A stretch of 64,000 bases of DNA from Phoronis australis (taxonomy: Eukaryota; Animalia; Phoronida), in the NCBI GenBank assembly GCA_002633005.1, contig NMRA01000221.1:374290-438289 (forward strand), in the 5' to 3' direction. The notes below the pieces were generated by a model. It saw only the letters and a program-made list of their open reading frames with translations. It was not told where the DNA came from and ran no database searches. Positions 1 through 11,639 of the stretch are shown piece after piece (the first letter of the stretch is position 1; each line of letters begins with the position of its first letter). The position numbers and the translations under genes are program-made.

Positions 1-559
1 GGTTGTCTTTTTCTTACCGTTTGTCGAAATTGAAATTTTTGATAGTCACAATAAAATGTTTCAATAAATCGTGAATTTTACTATACATGGTCCCAACATC
101 TTCATATTGGTTGTTGACGGGTACAACACAATATCATTTAAACCAAGACAACTAACGGACAACAATGATGACTAATCAGTTCATTCCCAGCACAGAGACC
201 ACTTCTGATATTTGTAAGGAACAAGTTGAGACCGGATTTGTAGGGGCAAGTGGTATAAGTCAAAAGTTGTATTTTTAATATAGAAAATCAACGAGGGCGA
301 ATTTATTACATTAAAATTGTTGTGGAATCTCTTCTTTGGTGCAAACTTTTGTATTGATTATTCTGTTGATGACAATGTAAACAAGTTGTTGCGCTACACA
401 AAATATTCTGTGAATATTCTATCACCCATGACTATGAAGTTAAAAATTAGATAGTCTATGTTCAAAATCAGAGTAAGGAGTGTTGTCTCTTAGATCATGT
501 GACCAACAAGTGACCAATGAGAATGCTTTTCTCAACTAGTGTGTTGTATTGTGTTACAG

Positions 560-641
560 GAACTGTGGAGGTATAGTAACATAACGGCGACGTCGCACCC
601 GCTAGCATCGCTTGATACTATTGGACAGGACGGCAAGATAA
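560..641 (+). CDS. TRPV exon (post-ankyrin linker)
   Basis: ttacag|ELWRYSNITATSHPLASLDTIGQDGKI|gtgagt. Confidence 0.9.
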
Positions 642-3600
642 GTGAGTATACCAATGACATTATTATAGTTTGATCATTATAAGAAATTATCTAGCATTGA
701 GTATAGTGTCATCCAGCAGTTCAAGAATAGGGCGTCCAAAATGAGATTCTCATTTTTTAGAGCGTCTGTGGCCAATGTCACGTGACAATGTTTTGATGAC
801 CCCAAGTCAAATTGCTGTTATAGTGTGATCAGTTATTGAGGGGACGTGGTTCTGAACTAAAGCTCTTCATATCTTACATCATTTCTGAACCATTGCATAT
901 CTATACGCCCTGAATGCCTCCCACAAGATATCGTCTCAGTAACAAACGAGTAAAGAAAATAACATATATTGCAATATTCAACATGTTCCACTCTGTCGTT
1001 TTTAAGACGAAGAAGATATGGTTGGCCTAATACAGGGTGTCACTAAATTGAGAAAACTTATATATGCAAGGTTAACTACAAAATGTGGAATCACTGTTGT
1101 TCTACTTGTACAGTGACGTACTGTAATGTGTACAGTGGTTGTTTAGATCAGGGGCATATATAGCTTATTTATGGGTTCAAAATTTACCGATAAACAACTT
1201 CACGGGAGGATGACTGTAAAGACACTGAAAAATCAGTAAATTCAAAGCAGTAATAAACCTGACGTTTTTTTGCAAATGTCATCATTTTCCAATACCTTAG
1301 CATTCTTGTATTGTTTATAAAAATATCATGATGCATGTATATGTAAAACTTCACCGTCCTGCTACAAATTCATGGAAAATTGAATCAGTTACAGAGGAAT
1401 ATGGAACGTGGAGATTTTGGCAAATCGCAATTTTCGTAACTGCTTACATCAAACTATACGCCTGTGTGGGCATGCTTGTGACGTGAACTATGAAAAAGGC
1501 TTTAACATTATCAACGATGTGAAATTCAGCTACTTTCAATTTTTTTAAATTAAACTAACTGCATTTAAGTATTTCATCTGACAAGGGGAATGAGTGGAAC
1601 ATGGTCAAAATATGAAGACTTGATTATTTGTTACTTTCAGATGAGGGTTCGGCTCTTATGATGATTATAGATGGTAAGACTGACGCTCATCTGGAGATGT
1701 TGGAGGGAGGAGTGATACGCCATCTGTTGGAGGAAAAATGGCGACATTACATTAGGGTAAATAAACTGGCTACTTGTTTGCAACAATTATAGTTCTGTCA
1801 AAAATTTTCCATTTAACTGCAGAAGTTCTCTAACTTGCTGTTTAACAGTTATTTCATGTGTCATATTTGAAATTTTCACGTTATTAAGAAATGAAACTTG
1901 TTTTTGGAATAGGACAATATAGTATGTATTACATTTTACGATTTTTAATAATTTGCTTTTAGCAAGCTTGCCTCATGAAAATAAGTAATATTGTTGTAGT
2001 CATTATGCCATTTCCATTAAATTCATGATTGTTTGCCCACTCTGTGTTCTACTCCAAGGTGATGTTCAGTAATGCAACAAGTGAAAAATGAGATTTTGCG
2101 TGAATAAATTTTTCAGTAGTTTTGTCATTGAGGTTATCAAGCAAGTTTGCTTGGTCACCAAAAATCATTATGCTTCCTACAATTCTTGATTCAAACTCTA
2201 TATGGAATAAAGATAAACAATTGATTTGCATCTTCGAATTTTTTTCTCCCTTTAAGTCGGTGTATTACAGACAAGATTCATGTAATGATCTTACTGTTTA
2301 TTTCAGCCGCGCTTCTACCTCCGCATGGTCACACTCTTATGTCACGTGATCTTAATAAGTACGGCCGTGTACCTCCGTCCACATGACAGAAATGTGTTAA
2401 GAGTAGACACGCACAGTATAGTAAGTAAACTGAATACTTTGTATCACTGTCAAGTAAGCAAAACGTAGATCTCTGTTTTCTTGTTATACTTAAAACTCTG
2501 TGAGTTATGGTGTGGTGGTGGAGGTCCCCCATACTTACAAGTACATAACACGCTCAATAGCTGCATGTCTGGTATGCACTAAGTACATATATGTATATTA
2601 CTTGCAGGTCCATTACATGTTAAGTACATATTATGTACATTACTTGCATGTCCATTACATACTAAGTACATATATGTACATTTCTTGCAGGTCTGTTACA
2701 TACTAAGTACATATATGTACATTAATTGCATGTCCATTACATACTAAGTACATATATGTACATTACTTGCAGGTCCATTACATATTTATATGCGCATTAC
2801 TTGCAGATCCGCTACATTTGTGAGATCATCATCTGCATTGATTGCATCGTGATGTACGCTCTCGAAATTCAAGAATGGAGAAGTGTGGGATTTGTGCGAT
2901 CGTTCAAAAACTTTGTAAGTTCATTTAGTATTCCTCATGAGATTTCAGAACACTACGCTGACTCCTTACAAATACCTTTTTATGTAAAGTGTCTCTGACC
3001 ATGTGTAAAGTATACCTGATTTGAGTTATGCTTGATTACAAAGGCAAGAATGTGAATAGCAATAGTACATACAATACTAATAAGTGTACAGACTGTATTA
3101 GAATGGTATGCAACAACACTCACTGGACATGCTTCTATTTAAGCCCTGTACCTATATCCGAAATTGTTTGTAGTTTCAAAGAAATTTTTCACTCAAGTCT
3201 TTCATATACATGCTCCTATGCCTAAGTTTGACTGAAAGGCGCTGATGTCTATCCCTTACATATTTGTGTGCCCATAATAAAATGGGGGTTATTTGCATGT
3301 TTGTCCATTCTAATACCAAATAGTTATAATGTTAAGTTGGGTACTGCCTTAGTGAGGTAAGGAGAAGTCAAAATTCACTGACGTAATATTTTAGAAATTT
3401 TCTCCCCTGCTTTACTCAAGTGCTTCACCTCTAGGTGCGCATGTACCTAATTCCTGATGCTTCTCAATAGGCACATGGTCCTAAACATATTATACAGTGA
3501 ACCATTTTTACTGATCAGAATTTTTTATTTTGAAAAAGACTGTCTGGAGTGTTTATCAATAATTCTCAATTACTGTCATTATGGTTGTCAGTTAGGAGTT

Positions 3601-6600
3601 TGCGTAATTGCAGTCATTCTGAAAGGTACTCCACCAGTATGGACTGTGATTTGCTTTTTAGTGGATTCCATGTTGTTTTTATCAACCGTGTAGACCTGAC
3701 AATCCATATTGTTTTTATCAACCCTGTAGACCTGACAATCCATGCTGAAAATGAAGAGTGTGTTGTCACATTATCCATGACATGTTCTTTATTACAGAGA
3801 CATATTCCGTCCAAGTTCATCTTCTTACTGTCATGTCTGCTCATACTACTCTGTATACCCTGCCGTTTCATCGCCACACCCGATGCAGTCTACATAGAAG
3901 AGACGTTCCTTATACTTGCGGTGCCGGCGGCGTGGGCCTTCTTTTTATTCTTCGCCAAGTAAGTCACTTTAGATAATAATTGGCAGGCTAATGCCGGGAG
4001 TGTGGGCAGATTCAGAATTCTGAAGTTGAGGGTTCTCCTATTAGATTTGTGCACCTTTGTCTTCATCATGCATGATTATGTGGTCAGTGTATCTGTGCTC
4101 AAAAGACTTTTCCAGCTTATAAAGCACTACCTCACATATTATTTAATACTAGTACCTAGAATTGTGGTCACTGCATGGAGAAAGATTTTGTTTGTCCCCT
4201 TTCGTCAACAGTTTTGCCCTTGGGGGAGTGGTCTGCCGCCTCTCAGGTGGTGCCATATATGGTCGACTGACCAAGCAAAGAGGTGTAATAAAGTAATGAA
4301 AAATAGTCGCAATTTTGTGTAATGATAAGGGGTGCCGTGGACCCCTTGTGCCTTCTTAGCTTAGTATAAGTTGAAAAGCACATCATAATTTCAGCCATAA
4401 AGCTCATTCAATGTCAGATACAGAATAGCCTCTGACAGTGACTGCGTGATGCGTAGACCTCTGTTGTCAATAACAAATCCTCCGTTGCTCTTACCCTCCA
4501 GGGGGCGTGTCTGGTCTGGACCGTACATCACCATCACATACAACATGTGTGCTAATGATATATTCAGGGCTTGCATCATCTACGTAGTCTTCTTGCTTCA
4601 GTTTAGTCCAGGTAAGTGTAGTTACTTGTGTTTTACTATTTGTCATTTCTTCACGTTTATTCACTGTACCGGCAGTCATCTGTTGCCCTTTAGAACAGGT
4701 AGACAGGTGGGACTCTATTTTAGATTGAGTGCATGGTCACAGGTTTGAAAACCGTGATTTCCTTGATGTTGTCAAATCAGTGTTTGACAGTGTGTTGATT
4801 ATTTTGCTCTTTCATTACAGTCTGGTGTTCTAGTGTTGTCTGAATACGCCTTAATTGTTAAAATTCATTGAAAACTTGACTCAGGAAGATGTTTACAACC
4901 GTTCTCTCACGATTATGAAATGTTGGGTTGTTCTTAATTTTCTGTTATATACAACACTGTTTTGAAGACCTCAATAGGTCACAAGTAAAACTTGGTGAGC
5001 ACAGTTTTGTTTTTGGCAGACATAACTGTTTCAGTAGGTAACATTCATGCACACCTGGTGGACAGTCTGTAAACTATTGTTTTTTGACCTTGCAGTTTTC
5101 TACTACCTGTTCAAGGATGCTGCACTGCCACTGGGCACTGGTGAATTTGACACGTTTGCCACGCCGTGGGGATCCATTATGTCTCTATTTAAAATGACCT
5201 TAGGAGATTTTGAGGTAAGTTTTGACAATGAAGTTTCATATTTGCCAATATATTTTTAATCCAAGGACACAGAATTTTTTCGGTTATAACATCTGATTGA
5301 AAGCTTTCAGATTGTTTCGAAAATTCACCCCAAATTTTTTCGTTATGTCTTGATTTCTCCCACTTGTGTGAAAAGTTTATTTTGAATTTAATTGTTTAAG
5401 TGTACTGTAGACTGCTAGTTGAATTTAATCCAATTTTGTTCATTAATTTTTATTTACGTACGTTCAGAGGGTAAGTGAAAGCATGCGGCGTGACTTATTT
5501 CATTTTTATTTCAAACAATTAATTAATTTCCTGGACAAAGCTAGAGGTCTTTGAAACCATTATATGCATTGGTAATTGTGTGCATCTTAATGTTAGAGTG
5601 CTCCAAATGTAATAATTCTTTTGATGGTTTTTAGCAGAGAAAATTCAGTTAGTAGCTAAAAGGAAATATCTAGAAATGATTTGATTTTAGTTTGGTGTGA
5701 TAGAGAATTATGTTTACACGCTGTATATTAATCGTTTTCATTCAATAATTGTTTCGAGAGTGTGTTGTTATGGTTACTGTAGGTAAATATTAGTTGACTA
5801 CATGTAGCTAGTGGAGATTATTTTGGTAAAAATTCAAGTTTTGCATGAATTTTGAACTTGCATTTTCTTATTTTTTATACATTCATTTTGTCCACTTTCA
5901 CACTTTTGATGTGATTCAAAACTCCACAGAAATGTTGCATGATCTCTCATGTTAATTCTCTGCTACATAATTCCACTTTTCACGTCGTTATCTCCGGTGA
6001 AACCAACAATTTCTCATCGACGCGTCTCATTTGCTCGAATTGATGACTTGTGGTGTGTAGCGGTTGGTTTTGTGAGCAAAAGCTGCAGAGTTTCACTTTG
6101 TGGAGTTTGGGACGAGACGAGCACAGGGAAATGTGTCATGAAAAGTAACTTAAGATTTAACGTAGAAATTGGATCTTACACTTGCACTTTACAATTACTT
6201 AATAAAAGTGCGTTATTAGCACGTTACACTCTAGAATTGTTTTCCAATTTGAAATGGTCTCGGTATTAAAACTAGAAGCGACTGGTATATTCTCAAATAC
6301 TCTATTTTTACTAATTAAAGTGAGATTTGATTATTTTCAGAAACAGTGTGTGTAGTGTAAGATCGATATTTTGACTTAAGTCTTGAGTCACTTTTTACGA
6401 AACAGAATCCCCAGATGCATATATAGGAGGTGTACAAGAGTGTAAGGCCCCCAGTAATATCCGGCTTGTAGAGCAAATGAAGGAATTTGTAGAGCTAAAG
6501 TCTGGATAGCAAAAAACGTTTAGGTTTGATGTGGCCAACAGGTGGCGTACAGACCAGACTGAAAAATGTTTGCAATTTAGGGGTAGCTGTCAATTTGCCT

Positions 6601-9600
6601 CTCACACAGTATGTCCAATATCTAGAATGAAACACTCGACACGTCTTGTTTTTAGATGTTTACTTTTGAATGTTTACTTTTCCATTAAAGTCACTTCTTG
6701 TTTTATCACCTCTACAATATAGTACCCTAGACATGGTACCGAAATGTGGTATCTACTCACATAAATTTCAGTACCTCACTTTGCTGTTTCTTAAAGGAAC
6801 CATCATGGAACATGTGGGCATACTGCCTCTTTTACTAAACTTTCTGATGGTTATCAGTTTGAACACAAGTCATTCTGCAAAATTAATATCTTTAGTGAAT
6901 GAACAGTGTATAATTTGACCTTGCTAAACAAAGTAAAGCTTTGAAACATGTGTCCGTGTTTTAGAGCTGTCAAAAGATTGTGAAAATCCTGTTTAATATT
7001 GCTTTGCACCATTCTGGAAGAACTCACCTCTGCATGTCCTGTTCACGCAATTGTCGAAAATTCACCGTTTTTGCTGCGTTTTGACCAAAAATGGTCTTAC
7101 TTTCTGACCGTACATGTAACAGATGTCATTTTTGTGTCATCTCACCTTACACAATTTTGGAGAGAAATCTTATTTTTCTGTACTTTGACATTGTCTTCTG
7201 TCTTGCGTACTGAACCGATATTAGATTGAGAAATCACGGAGGCGATGTAGTTAAGTGTTGCAGTAGTTGGATATTCTTTGGATGAGATGGACTTTTTACG
7301 ACTTCAGTTATCATTTTTGGGTCTTAAAGATCGTAACGCTAGCTATTTGCACTCATCATAGTTGTCAGGTAGCGAGGATTAAAGTCCTGACATTTCTGAT
7401 GAAACTAACAGCAATGCTGTTCAACATGATCTATGCTAAACTAGGTTCAGTTGTATTCGTTGATGACTTATAAATGTGAAAACAAAAAATTGTCTAATCA
7501 ATGGTCTTTGCACTATTGATGTTCTTCCCCTGCTGTCACATAGCCTGAATCATGCAGTGTTATTCCTCAGCACCACGCCACGATACAGTTCAATGATTTG
7601 CGGCAGATCATTTTCACTTCAAAACTCATTCTTAAAAACATTTAGAAACTTTCAAACTACTTCGTATTCACATCGTCGCTTTAAAGTGTGTTTCTAACTA
7701 ATTTGACCATGCAGTCACAGAGACGAGTAATCAAACTACATTTTCCACTTTGAGTAATAGAGAGCTTGCCTTGTCCATTTCAGTATCAAGAGTTCAACTT
7801 TGCCCGGATTTCGGTATTACTCAAAATCATCTTCTCACTGTTCATGTTTGTGGTGCCTATACTACTGTTGAACCTGTTGATAGCCAGTATGGGTAGTACT
7901 TATCAGAGGATTGTTGAGAAGGCTGACATGGAGTGGAGGAGAGAGGTAGGTGTGGCTAAATGTTGGTAACTATGGTGACTGGGTGTACATGACATACAGT
8001 CACACCCAGTATGGGTAGTACTTATCAGACGATTGTGGAGAAGGCTGACATGGAGCGGAGGAGAGAGGCAGGTGTGGCTAAATGTTGGTAACTATGGTGA
8101 CTGGGTGTACATGACATACAGTCACTAAATACTCTATAGAATCATTTCAGCTGAGACTATACAATACTTGTATCAAAAACAGATGTCACAGTGACTAGAA
8201 AATCTCCACGTACATATACAGGGTCTTCGATTGCACTTCCAAACTTCCAGCGGACTCATCTTTCAAAATTATGGGGGTTGATTTCAATGTCATGTCCTTG
8301 TGAAGAACTCTCTACACTTGCAAGGAGCGATCTACTATGCTGTACAGTATGATAGTGAAAATGGCAAAATCCGATGGACGTAGTTGTCACGGGAAATTAC
8401 GGGAAGATAATGAAGAAAAGAAACTGGTGGCTTTTGATGATGATGCAATAAAATGCTGTTTTGGGTAAACGCTGAGTTTATGGCAAATAGTGTCCACTTT
8501 TCTGTATTATGTGGAAAATCAGAAAACCAGTGATTTCCATGTGAACAAATTCATCAGTCTCTGTCTTTATGTTACAGTGGGGTCGGATCATTCTGACCAT
8601 GGAGCGAGGACTGACCCCATCTAAACTTCTGGACTGTCAGCGGAGGTACTGTATCAACTTTAAAGACAAAGTGACGGGCGAGAACACTCGTAGTCTCATG
8701 GTAGTGCATGCCTCGGTGAAGACAAGGGCGCAACAGAGGAAAATGGCGATACAGAACTGGCAGGTAGGGCTGCTACCAGGGGGCGCACTGAGGTTGGGAA
8801 TGGAGACGGCGTAACTTAGTGGTTTAATCATATTATAACTGTCATGGCTGACAATCGACTGTTGCATAAAGGTGTCGTCTGCTCCTTTAAACGCCATCTT
8901 AGTGAATGTGTGCTAGGGAGTAATGACATACAGGATCTAATGCATATGCAAATTCTGTGGATGTGCTTAATATATTAAAAAAAAGGTTGAGCGAGCTGGC
9001 TCTTGCGTTGTATTTAGTGGCAACTGATCTGAGGAGAATCCGATCCTGTCATCAAACTTAAATTAATTGTGAGTGAAATTCCTTGTCAAGTTACTCAAAA
9101 TTTGTATTTGTTTATAATATTTTGCGGGTTTCCGGCCGACAGTTTAGTCCATGAGTTGGAACATGTGTCCGTATATTTGTGTAACGTAGAAAAAATTTGC
9201 TTTGGTTTTAAAGTAAGGCTTGTTTGTGTGTTGTGTTTCAGATGTTATACGAGAAAATTCAAGATCGGATTGATAAACTTCGAATGTGGGGTCATAGGGG
9301 TGACTTATCGTCTGAAACAGTGTTAGGTATGCAGGACTCACAGGTGTTTGCCATAGAAACTTTCCATCGATCAAAATCGATGTACAAGGACGGCACATTA
9401 GATAGCTTACAATTTGTGAACGAGAGGGAGTCTCGTGTCGGATCAGCGTCTATGACATCACGCGAGAGGAGGAGAGCGAATCGTCTACATCGGGAGAATA
9501 GCGCGTTCTCTATTAAGTCATTTGGGAGAACGGATTCGCCTGAGGAAAAACTGTTGCCAGATATTGAAGAAAAAGCAGACGGCCAAAGTTTGCTGTCAGA

Positions 9601-11639
9601 GTCACAGGTATGCTGTTCCACGTTATATCAGAAATCCACGATTGAGTAAAATTGTAGATCGATTTGATTTTTCTTTTTTTTTCATATAAGTAGATATTAG
9701 ATAGATTTATTAGGCAATTCTCACAAACAACTACAAAACGTGCAGTAGAAATACAAGCAAAATTTAAATAGAATACTGGCATAATGGAAATGAGCAAAGA
9801 GTGACAGAGAAATGTCTTACAACTTACCTGTGTTATGATTTTCAAGTGAAGCACAAATTAAAATGTAAGCGTTTAATAAAATAAATTTCACACTACAAAC
9901 AACAACAAGGAATAAAGTAACTCAAAAATCAATAAAAGTTATTATTAATTGAACCATGTTGCAGCATTGCACCCAAGTTTCCAAAGAGCGTGTTGTGATT
10001 GACATTATCAAAGGCCTTATGTGTGTCAGTAGAATATGGTTAACATAATAAATCCTTTTGAAATTAAGCTTTGGATGGAACATTGTGGCTTTAAGATTAC
10101 ACATTCATTATTGACTTTTTAATGAGAAACACTTCTCACTGAATCTGTAAACAGAGAAGGTTGGTCAACTTTCTTCTATATAAATGTTGTAAGTCTAGCT
10201 TCAGAAACTTTTGGCAAATTTTATAAAATTCATTATGTTTGTTTATTCTGTTGTTCTTCGAAAGCAAATGATTTTGATGGGATTTTGCCATGAAAGTTAC
10301 TTTGCAAAAATTCAAAATCTTACTAATTGTCTTTTTTTGTAATACGTAGTGTAATTTTGCAAAGAGCTATCGACCAAATCCTTAACTGAGTTTGTTAAGT
10401 CTTACCTATCCAGTCAGCCGTGTATCACACACTTGCGCCATGTTTTCCTTTACTTCCTAAATCACATCGTTTTTCCTCTATCTCTGCAGACATCTCTCAC
10501 TCTTGTTTGATCTTATTTAAGGTAAACTCTTCTTCTGGTTGAGTTTTGCTGTCCAATTTTTTGCGTGTTGTAAATTTTTGTCCATTTTGTTTTGTTGTGT
10601 GGTTTGTTTTCATCCTTATTGCATAAACCTGTTACAGTGCTGACCCCCAAGTAACATCTCAGGTGCACGTAGGATTGGTGATTGTGCACAACATATTAAA
10701 TCTTACTAACATAATAGTACTGTTCTTATTTGTGGACGCTTGTTGATAGTGATTTGCTGATGCGTCAAAGTGCTTGGATCTGGTTGAAATTCTCTCTGTG
10801 TCTTCAGTCGAAGTGTTACGAGTTTCAAGTTGTTGATAGTTTTTCAAAATTTCTTGGTTGTTGCTAGCATTTAAATGTCGAAATTAACTTGTTTAGTCCA
10901 AAATATTCTTGAAATGGTAAGTATTGGAACTGATCCAAATGAGCAGAATATTTTGGAGCTCTTCAGTCTGACCTGCTGTTGCTGAATATGATGACAAGAT
11001 TGCCACTAAAAATTTGAGACCAGAACCTGATGAATGTTAATTACGGACTAATTATGTTTTTATGTAGACTGTTGCTTCCTAACTATTGCCTGTTCTTGTG
11101 TGATCAATTTCATAACAGTACTGAGCTCTTTTGGCACGTTTTCTCACCTGTCATTCTTCATCTTGTTTGTTTGTTCTTCTGTTTCTAAGGGTAACGCTCC
11201 TTTGCCGTTTGATTCATCAGGGTCTGCCACTGGCAACTTCCTAGATGGCGCTGCGAGGAACACACAACTTGAGCCTATTGTAGAGCAGCGTAGCGATCAT
11301 AAAAATGGGTCGATGGAGTCGTTGAAGAAAAGGATGAAAAAGAAGAAGAAGAAGACAAGAGTTGGTGACTCGATGTCTTTAGGTAGTTCTGATGGATCAC
11401 TAAAGGAGTCACTGCCTGATAATGGTGTTATGGGGCAGAATAAAGACATGTCATTGCCTGGTACTGGTGTTATTGGGCAGGAGAAAGACTTGTCATGCCA
11501 TACAAGTGAAGACAATTGTACAGCTGGTGAAGAAACACCAAGGATCGAGCAGAACAATGACGGAGAGAAAACTCAAGCAACTGTGATAAATATATCTCCT
11601 GTACAAGAGAGTTGCCTGGAAGTGACTGACGTGGATTAG
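560..11639 (+). CDS. TRPV-family cation channel, Inactive/OSM-9-like (TRPV5/6-like), 5'-partial; join(560-641,1641-1756,2307-2420,2807-2914,3798-3958,4502-4611,5096-5214,7784-7945,8578-8763,9242-9607,11190-11639)
   Basis: All introns are GT-AG with matching phases. Translation contains ELWRYSNIT..PLASLDT, HLEMLEGGVIRHLLEEKW, six TM segments, pore LFKMTLGDF, S6 LLNLLIASMGSTY, TRP helix EWRREWGRIILTMER and KTRAQQRK..IQNW, all resembling invertebrate Iav/OSM-9 motifs as I recall them. Confidence 0.93.
1641..1756 (+). CDS. TRPV exon (pre-S1)
   Basis: tttcag|(N)EGSALMMIIDGKTDAHLEMLEGGVIRHLLEEKWRHYIR|gtaaat. Confidence 0.92.
2307..2420 (+). CDS. TRPV exon (S1)
   Basis: tttcag|PRFYLRMVTLLCHVILISTAVYLRPHDRNVLRVDTHSI|gtaagt. 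Confidence 0.9.
2578..2817 (+). repeat. Minisatellite of about 41 bp (about 5.5 copies) overlapping a TRPV splice acceptor
   Basis: Unit CATTACATACTAAGTACATATATGTACATTACTTGCAGGTC. Confidence 0.9.
2807..2914 (+). CDS. TRPV exon (S2)
   Basis: ttgcag|IRYICEIIICIDCIVMYALEIQEWRSVGFVRSFKNF|gtaagt. Confidence 0.88.
3669..3743 (+). repeat. 36-bp tandem duplication
   Basis: TTGTTTTTATCAACC(G/C)TGTAGACCTGACAATCCAT twice. Confidence 0.85.
3798..3958 (+). CDS. TRPV exon (S3-S4)
   Basis: ttacag|RHIPSKFIFLLSCLLILLCIPCRF...AWAFFLFFA|gtaagt. Confidence 0.92.
4502..4611 (+). CDS. TRPV exon (S4-S5 linker, S5)
   Basis: ctccag|(K)GRVWSGPYITITYNMCANDIFRACIIYVVFLLQFSP|gtaagt. Confidence 0.9.
5096..5214 (+). 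CDS. TRPV exon (pore helix and selectivity filter)
   Basis: ttgcag|(V)FYYLFKD...WGSIMSLFKMTLGDFE|gtaagt. Confidence 0.92.
7784..7945 (+). CDS. TRPV exon (S6 and start of TRP helix)
   Basis: tttcag|YQEFNFAR...PILLLNLLIASMGSTYQRIVEKADMEWRRE|gtaggt. Confidence 0.93.
7884..8125 (+). repeat. 122-bp-period tandem duplication of an exon 3' end plus donor
   Basis: 7884-8003 matches 8006-8125 with 4 substitutions. Confidence 0.95.
8578..8763 (+). CDS. TRPV exon (TRP domain, proximal C-terminus)
   Basis: ttacag|WGRIILTMERG...KTRAQQRKMAIQNWQ|gtaggg. Confidence 0.92.
9242..9607 (+). CDS. TRPV exon (C-terminal tail)
   Basis: tttcag|MLYEKIQDRIDKLR...LLSESQ|gtatgc; 366 nt open, phase 0-0. Confidence 0.85.
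11190..11639 (+). CDS. TRPV terminal coding exon
   Basis: Pyrimidine tract ...gtttctaag|GNAPLPFD...EVTDVD* (TAG); phase 0, consistent with the previous exon. Confidence 0.8.
   Translation, partial: GNAPLPFDSSGSATGNFLDGAARNTQLEPIVEQRSDHKNGSMESLKKRMKKKKKKTRVGDSMSLGSSDGSLKESLPDNGVMGQNKDMSLPGTGVIGQEKDLSCHTSEDNCTAGEETPRIEQNNDGEKTQATVINISPVQESCLEVTDVD

Noticed and set aside
8520-8560. Minus-strand CUGAUGA..GAAA
   Set aside because: No stem II pairing; chance match next to a splice acceptor
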